Part shown: positions 17,913-28,803 of the stretch, piece after piece
How positions within the stretch are numbered: position 1 is the first letter of the stretch
Layout: every line of letters begins with the position of its first letter
Assembly: GCA_031416315.1 (NCBI GenBank)
Contig: JANOTL010000067.1
Coordinates: 1 to 58,104 of the forward strand
Source of the DNA: Pseudomonadota bacterium
GTDB taxonomy: Bacteria; Bdellovibrionota_B; Oligoflexia; Oligoflexales; CAIYRB01
DNA length: 58,104 nucleotides
Reading direction: 5' to 3'
Position numbers and translations under genes: made by a program
The notes under the pieces: model-generated
Seen by the model: the letters and a program-made list of their open reading frames with translations, nothing else
Database searches by the model: none
Told to the model about the DNA's origin: nothing

Positions 17913-20900
17913 TTACGCCGCCGTGAACGTCGTGGCCGCGAAGCGCGCTAGGTCCGCGAACAACTCCCGCGCGGCGAGCTCGAGCGCGGCGAAGAGCGGC
18001 TCTGCGCCTTCGATCTGCTTCGAGCGCCCGAGCGACTCCAGCTCTTGCGCCAGGGCCGTCACCGGCAAAGCGCGAAAATTCCCGACGGCGCCTTTGAACG
18101 AATGCGCCGCATGCTCCAGTGCCCGCGCGTCGCGACTCGCGATCGCGCTCCGCATCGCGTCCAGCGACTGATCCGCCGACGCGAGGAAAGCCGCCAACGC
18201 GTCGCGCAGAATCTCCTCGTCGCCCTTGAACGCTTCCAGCAGAGACGCCTCGTCGAAGCTCGCGCGCGGCCCCGCCGTCTCGCCGCCTTTCGGCTCGGCA
18301 CGCCGCACTTCCGCCAGCGGCAAGACTTCGACGCCTTTCGCCGCCGCCGCGCGGCGCAGCGTGTCCTCGACGGCGTCGACACGGATCGGCTTCGTCAGGA
18401 AGCCGGCGATGCCGAGCTCCTCGCACCGCTGGCGACTCTCTGGCAGAACGTCGGCGGAGAGGATGACGATCATGGGCCGCACGCTCAGGTCGTGCGCGGC
18501 GTTGATCGCCGCGACGGCGTCGAATCCGTCGAGAACCGGCATGTGCAGATCCATCAGCACAAGGTCGAAGGTCGCGCTCGCCACCGCCGTGACGGCGTCG
18601 GCGCCGTTGCTGACGACGGTGACCTGCACGCCGTACTTCGCCAGCAGGCGTTTAATCAGCTTCTGATTCGTGAGGTTGTCCTCGGCGACCAAGATGCGGA
18701 GCTCCGCTAGAGTTTCCTTCGACAGGACCTTCATCACCAGATCCGGCTCGAGGTTGGCGCCGTCGACTGGGGCGACCGGGATCTCGAAGGAGAAGACGCT
18801 GCCGATGCCAGCCTCGCTCGTGACCTCGATGCGCCCGCCCATCAGCTCGACGAGGGAACGCGAGATGACGAGGCCCAGGCCGGTGCCGCCGTGCTCGCGC
18901 GTCGTCGACGCGTCGGCCTGGCTGAACGCCTTGAAGAGGCGCCCGATCTTTTCGGCCGGGATACCGATGCCGGAATCCTCGACGCTCATCCGCAGGTCGA
19001 ATTGCCCAGGATCGCTCGGTCGCGGCTGCGCGGTCGCGATCACCGAGACGCGGCCGCGCGGCGTGAACTTCACGGCGTTGCCGACGAGATTCACCAGCAC
19101 TTGACGCAAGCGCAGCTCGTCGCCCTTGATCGCCTCCGGCACGTCGTCGCCGAAGTTCAGCACGATCTCCAAGGCTTTCGCGTCCGTCTCCAGGCGGAAC
19201 ATCTGCACGACCGAGACGACGCATTTGCGCAGGGAGAAGGGCCGGGCCTCGAGCTCCGTCTTGCCGTGCTCGAGCTTCGAGAAGTCGAGGATGTCGTTGA
19301 TCAACGAGAGCAGCGATTTCCCCGAGTCCTGGATCGTGTGGACCAGCTCGATCTGATCGGCCGTCAAAGGCGTCTCGGCGAGGAGCGTCGCCATGCCGAG
19401 GATGCCGTTCATCGGCGTCCGAATCTCGTGGCTCATGTTGGCGACGAACGCGCCGCGCGCTTTGTTGGCGCGGATCGCCTCATCGCGGGCCGAAGCCATC
19501 GCTTCGTGGATCGTCTTTGCGGCCGTGATGTCTCGCGTCATCGTCAGGACATCGTCGACGCCGCACTTCACGAGCCGCACCTCCCACGAGTGCCAAACTT
19601 CGCCCCGACGCGTCTGCATCTCGACGACCTGCAACGTTCCGGTGTCCAGCGCCGTCTCGATGGCCTCGATCATCGGGTCGGCCAGGTCCGGATAGGTATC
19701 GCGGAGGTTGCGGCCGACTAATGCCGTGGTGCGCTCGGCGAAGACGACGGGCGAGTTCAGTACCTCTCTGAAGGTGCCGTCGCGGCCGACGCGCATGGTC
19801 GAGTCCGGCAAAACGCTCAGGATCGCGGCGTTGTGCTGATTCACCCGCGTCAAGTCACGCGTACGCTCCTCGACCAAGCGCTCCGTGCGATAGGCACGGC
19901 CCGTCAGGACCATGAGGAAGCCCCCGAGGATCGTGCAGACGGCGAGGCCGAAGGCGAGGAGGAGCCAGGTCTCCAGCGAGCGCTCGTCGACGAGATCCTT
20001 CTTGGGCCGTAGAAACCGGATCTGCCAGGTGCGATCGACGATCTTCGCCTGCGTCGAGACGAGAGCGCCGTAGCGGTCGAGGTCTTCGAATCCGGCGCGA
20101 AGGTCGACCTCCTGGGTGAACGTGTTGAGGATCGCCCTCGATTCGGATTTCGCCGCCTCGTCGTGAACCTCGACCTCCAGTCCGCGCTCTTTCGCGTCGG
20201 CGCGCAGGCTGGCGACCAGCTCCTCGATGCGGAAGACGGCGGTGTAAAATCCGAGGTGCGCCTTACGGCGAGTTTCAACCGAGGTCGGCACGCGGCCGCC
20301 GGCATAGATCGGATGCGCGATGACGATCCCGTCCGTAGGCCGACCGTCGACCACCACCGGCACGCGCCCTGTCGTCGCCGGCTTGCCGGTATCCCGCGCC
20401 TTCTCCATCGTCGCGAGGCGCACCGGGTCGCTGGCGAGGTCGAAGCCGGGGCGCGCCGCCGTCGACGCCGTACGTCGCGCGGAATAGAAAACGGGGTAAT
20501 GGACCTTACCCAGCAGCACCGACGTCGAATTGCCTTTGTCGTCGAAGCCGTACATGCGCCAGTTTCGGTAGCCCTGCGCTTCGGCCAAGGCCGTCACCGC
20601 CTCGACGTCTTCGCCGCGTACGACCGGCACCCAGGCGAGCGCCGTGAGCGCTTGATTAACCTCGAGAATCGGCCGCGTGAAAGCCTCGAACTCGCGGCGG
20701 TCGATCTCCTTCGATCCGGCATGAAAGCCGTCCAAGGAGTAGAGCGACGCCACGGTCTGAGACGTACTCTCGCTGAACCGCTCGGCCATGAAGCGCGCGT
20801 CCTGCTCCGTATCGACAAAGAGCTGCCGCCGCTCCTTCGAGCTCGCGTAGACGAAGAGGCTCACGGCCACGGCAAAGCCGAGGATCAGGGGCAGGCCGAC

Positions 20901-21563
20901 GGCCATGCGCCGGCCGACCCAGACTTCCCGCGGCTTGCCCGCGAGAAGCAGGACGAAAGGCGTGAACGTCATGACGCCGAGCGTGTCGCCGAGCCACCAC
21001 GTCAAGGCGTTCGCGGCGACCTCATGGGAAGCGATCAAGCCCGTTGCCAACAGCGTCGCGACGCCAACAATCGTGCTCACGACGCAGGAAAGAGGCGCCG
21101 CGACACCGAAGAAGAGCATCACCTCACGCTCGCGCTCGAGCCGCATCGGCAGGCCGACCATCCGCCGCGTGAGCATGTAGCCGGTCAACGCCGCGGTGGC
21201 CGCGCCGCAACCGACGAAGAGGGGCACCAAGCCCGGCGAGAAGCCATCGCCGAGCGTCGCATTCACCAGGAATGAGCCGATCATCACGCCCGGCCAGACC
21301 TCCCACCCGAGCACGAGCAGAAGCCCGAGCGCGAGGCCGGAAGGCGGCCACACCGGCGTCGCATAGCCCGGCGGCATCGCGAGCAAGAGCCCGAGCTTGC
21401 CCGCGACGAAGTACAGGGCCGCGACCACGGGCCACCACTTCAGGCGCGCGACGTGACGCAGGACGAGCTTTTTGAGGCGTGGATGGTTCACGCTTGCGTA
21501 TCGGCGAACAATCGACCAATTTTCAGCCAGGTGGCAGGGGGGCGACTCCTGGGCATTTGCCAC
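17913..21563 (-). CDS. Hybrid sensor kinase MASE1-CHASE-PAS-HisKA-HATPase-REC-Hpt
   Basis: VWPPSG/WWLGD (MASE1); CHASE region; [24 protein letters not shown]; true start may be GTG 21491. Confidence 0.9.
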   Translation of the reverse strand: MANAQESPPCHLAENWSIVRRYASVNHPRLKKLVLRHVARLKWWPVVAALYFVAGKLGLLLAMPPGYATPVWPPSGLALGLLLVLGWEVWPGVMIGSFLVNATLGDGFSPGLVPLFVGCGAATAALTGYMLTRRMVGLPMRLEREREVMLFFGVAAPLSCVVSTIVGVATLLATGLIASHEVAANALTWWLGDTLGVMTFTPFVLLLAGKPREVWVGRRMAVGLPLILGFAVAVSLFVYASSKERRQLFVDTEQDARFMAERFSESTSQTVASLYSLDGFHAGSKEIDRREFEAFTRPILEVNQALTALAWVPVVRGEDVEAVTALAEAQGYRNWRMYGFDDKGNSTSVLLGKVHYPVFYSARRTASTAARPGFDLASDPVRLATMEKARDTGKPATTGRVPVVVDGRPTDGIVIAHPIYAGGRVPTSVETRRKAHLGFYTAVFRIEELVASLRADAKERGLEVEVHDEAAKSESRAILNTFTQEVDLRAGFEDLDRYGALVSTQAKIVDRTWQIRFLRPKKDLVDERSLETWLLLAFGLAVCTILGGFLMVLTGRAYRTERLVEERTRDLTRVNQHNAAILSVLPDSTMRVGRDGTFREVLNSPVVFAERTTALVGRNLRDTYPDLADPMIEAIETALDTGTLQVVEMQTRRGEVWHSWEVRLVKCGVDDVLTMTRDITAAKTIHEAMASARDEAIRANKARGAFVANMSHEIRTPMNGILGMATLLAETPLTADQIELVHTIQDSGKSLLSLINDILDFSKLEHGKTELEARPFSLRKCVVSVVQMFRLETDAKALEIVLNFGDDVPEAIKGDELRLRQVLVNLVGNAVKFTPRGRVSVIATAQPRPSDPGQFDLRMSVEDSGIGIPAEKIGRLFKAFSQADASTTREHGGTGLGLVISRSLVELMGGRIEVTSEAGIGSVFSFEIPVAPVDGANLEPDLVMKVLSKETLAELRILVAEDNLTNQKLIKRLLAKYGVQVTVVSNGADAVTAVASATFDLVLMDLHMPVLDGFDAVAAINAAHDLSVRPMIVILSADVLPESRQRCEELGIAGFLTKPIRVDAVEDTLRRAAAAKGVEVLPLAEVRRAEPKGGETAGPRASFDEASLLEAFKGDEEILRDALAAFLASADQSLDAMRSAIASRDARALEHAAHSFKGAVGNFRALPVTALAQELESLGRSKQIEGAEPLFAALELAARELFADLARFAATTFTAA

Positions 21564-21612
21564 GATCGCAGGAATTTCCTTGTTCGATTATATGGTTATG
21601 GGACGTTCTCAA

Positions 21613-21628
21613 CGGCCCGCGCTTTGCA
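21613..21628 (+). promoter_or_regulatory. Sigma54-like -24/-12 promoter
   Basis: CGGCCCGCGCTTTGCA upstream of the SGNH gene. Confidence 0.45.
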
Positions 21629-21708
21629 CAGGGGATCCCGGACCTCTGTCCTTCCTGCGTTCCCGCTGAGTGCTCTTCTTCCCCCCTGCCGCTGCTCCGG
21701 AGCTTCCC

Positions 21709-22494
21709 ATGGTCCTGCGCCTGCACCACGCCCTCTACGCCGTCGCCGCGGCCCTCTCGGTCACCGTCGGCCTCACCGCCGCCGCGCAAAGCGACCGCTC
21801 CGCCGCCGCTAGCGCGAAGAAGGTGCCCGCCGCGACCCGCGCCCGTCCGGAAAAGATCGCGCCGCGCATCGTCGCCGTGCCCCGATCTGCCGAGCCGAAG
21901 TGGAAAGCCCGCCACGGGAAGATCGCCGACGCCGCGAAAAAGGGCGCCGACGTGGTCCTTCTCGGCGACTCGATCACGCAGGGTTGGGAGCACGTGGACG
22001 TCTGGGAGAACAGCTTTCCAGGCCTGCGCACCCTCAACGCGGGCATTAGCTCCGATCGCGTCGAGCACCTGCTTTGGCGCGTGCGGCACGGCGCTCTCGG
22101 CACCGGCGCCGCGGCCCCGAAAGCCGTCGTCATCTTGATCGGCGTCAACAACCTCGCCGTCTCCTCGCCGGAGCACATCGCCGCCGGCGTCGAGACCCTC
22201 ATCGCCGAAGTGAAGGCACGCGCCCCCGAGACGAAGATCCTCTTGGTCGGCCTCCTGCCGACGGGAAAGGCCGCGAGCCACGCCCGACGCCCGAAGATCG
22301 CCGCCGTCAACGGGCGCTTGGCAGAGCTGGCCGACGGCGAGCGCGTGCGCTACGTCGACTTCGGCAGGACTTTCCTGGAGGCCGACGGCTCCATCGCCAA
22401 GACGACGATGTTCGACTACTTGCACCTGACACGCAAAGGTTACGAGCGTTGGGCCACCGCCATGGCGCCCGAGCTCAACGAGCGCCTGAACTGA
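21709..22494 (+). CDS. Exported GDSL/SGNH esterase (PAF-acetylhydrolase IB-like)
   Basis: GDSIT, GISSD, GVNN, DYLH blocks; GGAG SD. Confidence 0.9.
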   Translation: MVLRLHHALYAVAAALSVTVGLTAAAQSDRSAAASAKKVPAATRARPEKIAPRIVAVPRSAEPKWKARHGKIADAAKKGADVVLLGDSITQGWEHVDVWENSFPGLRTLNAGISSDRVEHLLWRVRHGALGTGAAAPKAVVILIGVNNLAVSSPEHIAAGVETLIAEVKARAPETKILLVGLLPTGKAASHARRPKIAAVNGRLAELADGERVRYVDFGRTFLEADGSIAKTTMFDYLHLTRKGYERWATAMAPELNERLN

Positions 22495-23557
22495 CGCCGC
22501 GGACGCTGCGAAACATGTCGACGAGGAGCTTGGCCACGAGGCTGCCGCCTTTGGCCGTGATGTGGATGCCGTCGACCATGCGGACTTTCTCCAGACCCTC
22601 GCTCATCTTGCGATAGCTGGTGAATTTGCCCTTCTCGTCGCCGACCACCCGGTCGAGCGAGACGTACTGCACGCAGGAGTGACGTTCCGCGGCACGCTGC
22701 GCCCAGCTGTTGATGCGCACCGCTTTACGCTGGAAGACGTCGCTCTTCATGGGCGGCAACCCGAGCCACACGGCGCGGTCGGCGCCCTTGCACGCCACCG
22801 CCATCAGCTCGTCGATGCGCTTATTGTAGGCCTTCACCCAGGCCTCGGTCCCGTACACCAGGATCTGACCCTCTTCGACGAAGTCTTGGCTGTCGTTGGT
22901 GCCCAGCATCATCACGATCATGTCGTAACGCTGGCCTTCGACGTAGCGGCGCAGCTCGCGACGCCAGTCGAAGACGTCGGGACGTGCGAGGCCGGTGGCG
23001 ACCTTGGCGATCACCTCGGCGTCGCCCGCGAGACGCGAGATGATGTCGTTGCGGATCGAGGGGCCGATGCTCGCGATGATGGAGTCACCGAGGACGAGGA
23101 CGCTAGGACCGCCGCCCGCGGGGCGCAGCTTCGCGCGCAGCGGCAGGTCTTCGAGGGTGCCCTTCTTCTTCGCGGCCAAGGCCTTTCGCGCCGCGGCGCG
23201 CGCCTGGCGATCCATGGCGACGTCGAATTCGTGCGGATAGAGCAAGGGATGCGCCTCTTGGAAACGTAGCCAGACGTTCTCGACCCAGAGGCTCGGCTTC
23301 TCGAGGCCCAGACCGGCCGTGCGCCCCCAAAAGGTTTCGGTGAGCTTACGGACCTCGGTGGCGACATCGCCGACCGGGAGCTTCTGCGTCCAGCGATGGA
23401 GGCCGCGCGCGCCGAAGAGAACGACCACCGCGTAGAAGACGAAGACCGAGACGACGACGTGTCCGATCTTAAACGCCGGCGGCTTCATGAGATCGTTCGG
23501 GTTCAGATCGTACGGGTCGACCGGCTTTTTCGGCTTCTTTTGGGGAATGACGTGCAT
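22475..23557 (-). CDS. Membrane-anchored SGNH protein (DUF459/PatB-like O-acetyltransferase)
   Basis: N-terminal TM; GDSI, TGLARPDVFDW, GTND, DGIH; starts 1 nt after the MBOAT stop. Confidence 0.85.
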   Translation of the reverse strand: MHVIPQKKPKKPVDPYDLNPNDLMKPPAFKIGHVVVSVFVFYAVVVLFGARGLHRWTQKLPVGDVATEVRKLTETFWGRTAGLGLEKPSLWVENVWLRFQEAHPLLYPHEFDVAMDRQARAAARKALAAKKKGTLEDLPLRAKLRPAGGGPSVLVLGDSIIASIGPSIRNDIISRLAGDAEVIAKVATGLARPDVFDWRRELRRYVEGQRYDMIVMMLGTNDSQDFVEEGQILVYGTEAWVKAYNKRIDELMAVACKGADRAVWLGLPPMKSDVFQRKAVRINSWAQRAAERHSCVQYVSLDRVVGDEKGKFTSYRKMSEGLEKVRMVDGIHITAKGGSLVAKLLVDMFRSVRGVSSGAR

Positions 23558-23558
23558 C

Positions 23559-24971
23559 TCAAAACCGGAAGTAGATGAAAGGCGCCAAGGCACCGGGACC
23601 CATCGAGCCGATCGCCACCACGAAAAGGCCGAGCGCCGCGGCCTGGGCCACGAGCGGGACGCGCAGGCCTTGCTCTTCCAGCCGGTCGAGCATGTCGCCC
23701 GGGACGAACTGGCCCGCCATGCCGATCGCGAGCAGGAGGAGGCTCGGCGCCGTCACCATCCGCGTCTCGGTCGACGTGTTGCCGAAGGCGCGCAGGAACT
23801 CGAACGCGATCCCGTTCGTTTCGGCCGCGAAGAAGATCCACGTCAGGCAGACGACGTGGAAGACGAGCACCGTGCGCACGAGCTTGCCGAAGCCCTTGTC
23901 CTTGAGCCCGATACCGCGCTCGCCCAGGTACTTCTCCAAGGCCAGGCCGCCGCCATGCAGCGAGCCCCAGACCAGGAAATTCCACGCCGCGCCGTGCCAC
24001 AGGCCGCCGAGCAACATGGTCAAGAAGAGGTTCCGGTAGTTTTTCAGCTTGCCGTTCCGCGAGCCGCCGAGCGGAATGTACAGGTAGTCGCGCAGCCAAG
24101 TAGAGAGCGAGATGTGCCAGCGGTGCCAAAAGTCGCGCAGCGAGCTCGCGCGGTAGGGCTGGTCGAAGTTCTTCGGGAACTCGTAGCCGAAGAGGAGCGC
24201 CGTGCCGATCGCCATGTCGCTGTATGCGCTGAAATCGCAGTAGATCTGCACCGCATAGCCGTAGACGCCGAGAATCAGGTCGACGGTTCCGTAGGTCGAG
24301 GGCGACTCGAAGATCGGGTTCACCAGGTCGACGGCGAGATAGTGCGCGACGATGATCTTCTTAAAGAGGCCGAGGCCGATCAAGAGGAACGCGCGCGTGG
24401 CGCGGATCTCGTTCGGGTCGGCGTCGCGTGCGAGCTGGGGTATGAGCTCGCTGGCGCGGACGATCGGGCCGGCGACCAGCTGCGGAAAAAAGGCCTTGAA
24501 GAACAGCATGTCGACCGGCGAGCGGATCGCCCGGTGCTTGCCGCGGTAAACGTCGACGACGTAGCTCAGGCCCTGAAAGGTGAAGAACGAGATCCCGGCC
24601 GGCAAGAGCACTTCCATGATCTTCGCGTCCCGCGCGAAGCCCATCGCTTGGAGCATCTCCGTCGCAGACGACAGGAAGAAGCCCCAGTATTTGAAGTAGC
24701 AGAGGAGCGCGAGGTTGAAGATCACCGCGCCGGTGATCAACATCTTCCGGGACCGCTGCGTCACCAGACCCTCCAACCAGAGCGCCAGCACGTAGTTCAC
24801 GGCCGTGCACTCGAGGAGGAGGATGACGTAGCGCCAGTTCCAGTAGCCGTAGAAGAAATAGCTGGCCAGGGCAAGAAATGCCTTGCGCCAGACCGGCGCG
24901 CCTTTCAGCGCCCAGCTCGCCGTGAACACGACGATGAAGAAGATGGCGAATTCGATCGTCGGAAAGAGCAT
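23559..24971 (-). CDS. MBOAT family O-acyltransferase (PatA/AlgI/DltB-like)
   Basis: GISFFTFQ, AGPIVR, DFSAYSD, FWHRWHISLS, GLWHGA, C-terminal FIYFRF. Confidence 0.95.
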   Translation of the reverse strand: MLFPTIEFAIFFIVVFTASWALKGAPVWRKAFLALASYFFYGYWNWRYVILLLECTAVNYVLALWLEGLVTQRSRKMLITGAVIFNLALLCYFKYWGFFLSSATEMLQAMGFARDAKIMEVLLPAGISFFTFQGLSYVVDVYRGKHRAIRSPVDMLFFKAFFPQLVAGPIVRASELIPQLARDADPNEIRATRAFLLIGLGLFKKIIVAHYLAVDLVNPIFESPSTYGTVDLILGVYGYAVQIYCDFSAYSDMAIGTALLFGYEFPKNFDQPYRASSLRDFWHRWHISLSTWLRDYLYIPLGGSRNGKLKNYRNLFLTMLLGGLWHGAAWNFLVWGSLHGGGLALEKYLGERGIGLKDKGFGKLVRTVLVFHVVCLTWIFFAAETNGIAFEFLRAFGNTSTETRMVTAPSLLLLAIGMAGQFVPGDMLDRLEEQGLRVPLVAQAAALGLFVVAIGSMGPGALAPFIYFRF

Positions 24972-25095
24972 CGGCCCCACCAAAGCGCTGGACTCCTTTG
25001 GCGCTTCGGAAGTTGTTGGCCGACGTTGAAGGATTTCTTGCGGAACCGAGGCAATCCGGCTTGGGCGAAACCGGAAAGCTTGGGGATTACCCCTC

Positions 25096-25716
25096 TCAGT
25101 AGCCGGGTTGTTCCATGTAGTCCGAATACTCGAAGGGCGCGCCGTCGAAGTTGAAGGTGCCGTGCGCGGTCCAAAGGACGGCGGCGCCGTCGCAGCCGGC
25201 GGCCTGGGCCGCGGCGGGGGTCTTGAAGGTCGGGGTGGAGTCGTCCGGCATCGTGCAGCCGGACTGCGCGAAGGCCAGCTCGCCGCCGAGGATGGTGCCG
25301 TCCTTCAGCGACAGGACGGCGGCGGAAGTCTCGAGGCCGCCGATGATGGCGTGTTGGTCGTCGATGATCGTCAGATCGCTGTTCGCCTTCATGAATCGCA
25401 GCATCACCTCGACGAACGCCTTCTGCTTCGCGCCTTCGATCTTCGCGATCGGCTGCAAAGGCGTCTTCGCCATGCTCGGCTGCTGCGCGAACGCGGCATC
25501 GATCAGCTCCTGCCTCACCTCCGCAGGGAGGACGCTCCATTCGGCGACGCTCGTCACCGGTTTTTTAAGCAGCGCGGGATCGACGAAGGCAGGCGCGGCA
25601 TCGGGGTCTTCCGCCGAAAGCGCCGCGAAGTCGTCCGAGTTCGACGCGGACTCTGGCGTCGAGACGCAGGCCGCACACGCAACAATCAACGGTAAACCGA
25701 AAAATAGGCTCTTCAT
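25096..25716 (-). CDS. Hypothetical lipoprotein
   Basis: CAAC lipobox; protein-like composition. Confidence 0.7.
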   Translation of the reverse strand: MKSLFFGLPLIVACAACVSTPESASNSDDFAALSAEDPDAAPAFVDPALLKKPVTSVAEWSVLPAEVRQELIDAAFAQQPSMAKTPLQPIAKIEGAKQKAFVEVMLRFMKANSDLTIIDDQHAIIGGLETSAAVLSLKDGTILGGELAFAQSGCTMPDDSTPTFKTPAAAQAAGCDGAAVLWTAHGTFNFDGAPFEYSDYMEQPGY

Positions 25717-25830
25717 GAGCCCATCATAAAGAAAAGGCCCCTTGCGGGGCGAGGCGAAATTGCAGCGATTGGTGGATTTACGAGCGGGGAGATGGCGGCA
25801 GTCGGGGCGAGGTGCGCCCCGATAGAACGA

Positions 25831-26235
25831 CTATCCCACGCTGGAGATGAGATTCTCTTTAAAGGCGGCGAACTCCGCTTCGAGCTCGGCGAAGAGCTCC
25901 TCGGCTTTCTTGACCAGGCCCCGGCGACCCAACATCTGCAAGCCAATACATAGCTTCATCATCTTGATCGCGCCCATTTTTGCGGTCGAATCCGACAGCG
26001 CATGCGCGAAGCTCTCGATTCCAGCCGCGTCGTTGGCGACGAGCGCGCCGCGCAGGCCGTCGAGCCTGGCTTGGGTCAGCTCCGAGTAGTTCTGCAGGCG
26101 CGCGGCGAGATAAATGAGGTTCTGGTCGTCTTGCAGACGATTCAAAACACCACGCACGAAGGCTCCTCCCTGCTGCTCGCTCCGAGCGCGAGTGGCGAGA
26201 ACCGTCCGGCGCGTCTGCATGGCGATGTTCCTCAT
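25831..26235 (-). CDS. Stand-alone Hpt (histidine phosphotransfer) domain protein
   Basis: FAHALSDSTAKMGA..M..LC..LQ four-helix pattern; AGGAGG SD. Confidence 0.7.
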   Translation of the reverse strand: MRNIAMQTRRTVLATRARSEQQGGAFVRGVLNRLQDDQNLIYLAARLQNYSELTQARLDGLRGALVANDAAGIESFAHALSDSTAKMGAIKMMKLCIGLQMLGRRGLVKKAEELFAELEAEFAAFKENLISSVG

Positions 26236-26279
26236 GCCTTCCCTCCTAATGCGGGGCGTCTTGCCCCTGGGGTACTGAC

Positions 26280-26295
26280 TGCACGACCCATACCA
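26280..26295 (-). promoter_or_regulatory. Sigma54 -24/-12 promoter
   Basis: Minus strand TGGTATGGGTCGTGCA upstream of the Hpt gene. Confidence 0.55.
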
Positions 26296-26298
26296 AAA

Positions 26299-26991
26299 CT
26301 AAGCGTCCAGAACGGTTTCAGAATTGTGGAGCGGGGCGCTGCGGGCCGCGGCTTTTTCGCGCCGCGCGCCGGCCACCTGTGTCCCGGGGGACATAGCCTC
26401 GGCCGCGACCACGGCGAAGATGGTCAGGAAGCCCGAGGGCTCCCGCCAGGCGCAGAGGTAAAAGGCGAGACTGAGAGCGATTTCGGCCCCCGCGCGCCAG
26501 CGCGCCGGTCCAAGTACGGCGACGCCGAGCGCCGCGGCGAAAACGGCAAGTGCAACGAAATCGGAAGCCGCGTAGCCGAGACGGCCGCCGCCGAGCGCCA
26601 CAAGCGCGGGAGCCGTCGCGGCGAACGCGTACGCCAGGGCGCGGAAAGCGCTGGGTCCTCCGCGGGCGGCGAGCGTGGCGCCGCCGTCCGCAGCCCGTCC
26701 TTCCGCCCGTCCGGCGTCCGCCGCCCGGCCGGCCTCGGGCCAACCACGCGAGCGCCACCAGAGCCACGCGCCCTGCGCCAAGGCCGCCGCCGGCAAGCCC
26801 AGGCGAAGACCGAACGGGGCGTGCGGCGAGCTCGCCGCGTACACGATAGCCATCGCCGCCGTGGCGAGGCCGAAGCTGCGCCTAACGAGGGAAAGATCGG
26901 TCCGGATGCGTGCCAGAGCGGTGGCGACGACGACCCAAAGGGCCGCAGCTGCGCCTCCCGCCGAGGCCAGTTCCATCAGCGACAAATTCAA
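26299..26991 (-). CDS. Hypothetical membrane protein
   Basis: Several hydrophobic segments; lies in line between the kinase and Hpt genes. Confidence 0.5.
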   Translation of the reverse strand: MNLSLMELASAGGAAAALWVVVATALARIRTDLSLVRRSFGLATAAMAIVYAASSPHAPFGLRLGLPAAALAQGAWLWWRSRGWPEAGRAADAGRAEGRAADGGATLAARGGPSAFRALAYAFAATAPALVALGGGRLGYAASDFVALAVFAAALGVAVLGPARWRAGAEIALSLAFYLCAWREPSGFLTIFAVVAAEAMSPGTQVAGARREKAAARSAPLHNSETVLDA

Positions 26992-26997
26992 TCCTGA

Positions 26998-28752
26998 CTA
27001 TTGGCTATGCTCAGTCGATTGTAGGGGATCCGGATTTGAAAAGATACCCGGCTCCCGGTAGCGGGGGAGCGCCACGACGAACCGTGTGCGCGGCGCCGCG
27101 GCGTCGCAACGCAGCGCGCCACCATGGCCGTGCACGATGCCGCGCGCGATGCTGAGACCGAGCCCGGTGCCTTTGCCAACCGGTTTCGTCGTGAAAAAAG
27201 GCTCGAGCATCCGCTCCGCGACTGATGGCGGGATCCCAGGCCCCGAGTCGGTCACGACGAGCTCGACCGTGTCCGGCGCGAACGTCGCCATGATCTCGAT
27301 CCACCGCTCCTCCTGCGCAAGACGCGATTCGACGGCGTCCGCGGCGTTGGCTACGAGATTGAGCAAGACCTGCACGACCTGCACCGGGCGGCAACGCAAG
27401 GTCTCAGACGCCGGAATCTCCGGAACGCGCAGCTCGATGTCGCTTGCGCGCAAGCGCTCGGCGCACAGGCCGAGGGTCTCGTCGATCAGGCCGCGGACGC
27501 CGACCTCGGTCATCCCCTCTTCGCCCTCGCCGCGCGAGAACGCCAAGAGCCCACGCACGATCTGCGCGATCCGCATCGACGTCCGCTCGATCATGTCCAA
27601 CGAACGCGCGACCTCGGCTTCGACCTTACCCGAAGCCTCCAGCTGATGGCGCAACCGGCCGCAAACGCCGTGAATCACCGCCAAAGGGTTGTTGATCTCG
27701 TGCGCGACCCCGGCCGCCATCTCCCCGAGCGAGGCGAGCTTCGCCGCCTGCGCCATCGACCGCTCCGCCGTGATGTCGATCGATGCCATCACGGCTTCGT
27801 CCTGCGCTTGATCGAGCGGGACGATACGGTGGCGGAACCAGCCGGCGCTCTTGCCCTGGATGAACGCTTCGCTCTCGTGCACGACGAGGCGCCGCTCGGC
27901 GAATGCGGTCTCGATCGCCAGGCGCATGCCGTCCGCAGCGTTCGCTTGGTAGTACTCGTAGAGCTTGCGCGGCCGCGACGGGTTGGGCGGCGGCACGCCG
28001 GCCGCGCGCCGGTTCGTGAACAAGATCTCGCCCGCGCGGTTCACCTTCATGATGTACTCGGGCGTCGACTCGATAATGGCGCGCATCGTCGACTCCGAGC
28101 GCCGCAGTGCGTCTGCGTCGTGGACCGACTGCGTCACGTCGAGCGCCGTCCCGATGAAGCCGACGAGGTGGCCCAAGGCGTCGACGTGGATCGCGCCGTA
28201 CGCGATGACGTGGCGCACTTCGCCGTTCGGCCTGAGGATCCGGTAAGGAATGGTGAGCGGCACCGCGGAGAAGCTGCTCGCCAGGACCGCGAGCACGCGC
28301 GCCCGGTCGTCCGGATGGATCGCGTTGACCCAGCCGACTCCCAGCGCCGAGTGCGCCGGGCGACCGGTAAGCTCGGTCCAGCGGGAGTTGACGAAGGTGC
28401 ACGAGCCACTCGGATCGCAGAGAAAGACCGCGACCGGCAGGATGTTGATGACCGCCTCGATGTCGAGCGCGGGTTGCAGCTCGCGCCCGAGGAGGACCGC
28501 GCCGCCGTCGTACGCGGCGACGCGCCAGCTGACGTCGAGGCGGCCGTACGGCAAGGTCAGCGTCGAATCGAACGCCGGAGCGTCGCCTGCTTCCGCGAGC
28601 GCATTCAAGAAAGCGTTGCTGGCGACAACGCCGCCGAGCGCTTGCGCCCGACAGCGCAGAGCCGGATTGACGGCGACGACGAGCCCGTCCGCGCCGAGAC
28701 GGACGGCGAGCTCGGTGGTCATCTCGAACAGCGCGTCGGCGGCGCTCGTCAC
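26998..28752 (-). CDS. Multi-PAS NtrB-type histidine kinase
   Basis: PAS (HPDDRAR); LGEMAAGVAHEINNPL; NAADA; PFFTTKPVGKGTGLGL. Confidence 0.92.
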   Translation of the reverse strand: MTSAADALFEMTTELAVRLGADGLVVAVNPALRCRAQALGGVVASNAFLNALAEAGDAPAFDSTLTLPYGRLDVSWRVAAYDGGAVLLGRELQPALDIEAVINILPVAVFLCDPSGSCTFVNSRWTELTGRPAHSALGVGWVNAIHPDDRARVLAVLASSFSAVPLTIPYRILRPNGEVRHVIAYGAIHVDALGHLVGFIGTALDVTQSVHDADALRRSESTMRAIIESTPEYIMKVNRAGEILFTNRRAAGVPPPNPSRPRKLYEYYQANAADGMRLAIETAFAERRLVVHESEAFIQGKSAGWFRHRIVPLDQAQDEAVMASIDITAERSMAQAAKLASLGEMAAGVAHEINNPLAVIHGVCGRLRHQLEASGKVEAEVARSLDMIERTSMRIAQIVRGLLAFSRGEGEEGMTEVGVRGLIDETLGLCAERLRASDIELRVPEIPASETLRCRPVQVVQVLLNLVANAADAVESRLAQEERWIEIMATFAPDTVELVVTDSGPGIPPSVAERMLEPFFTTKPVGKGTGLGLSIARGIVHGHGGALRCDAAAPRTRFVVALPRYREPGIFSNPDPLQSTEHSQ

Positions 28753-28803
28753 GGCTGGCTCCGGATTGGTTGCCCCTAGGTTATTCCTAGCGCAGCCCCC
28801 GGC

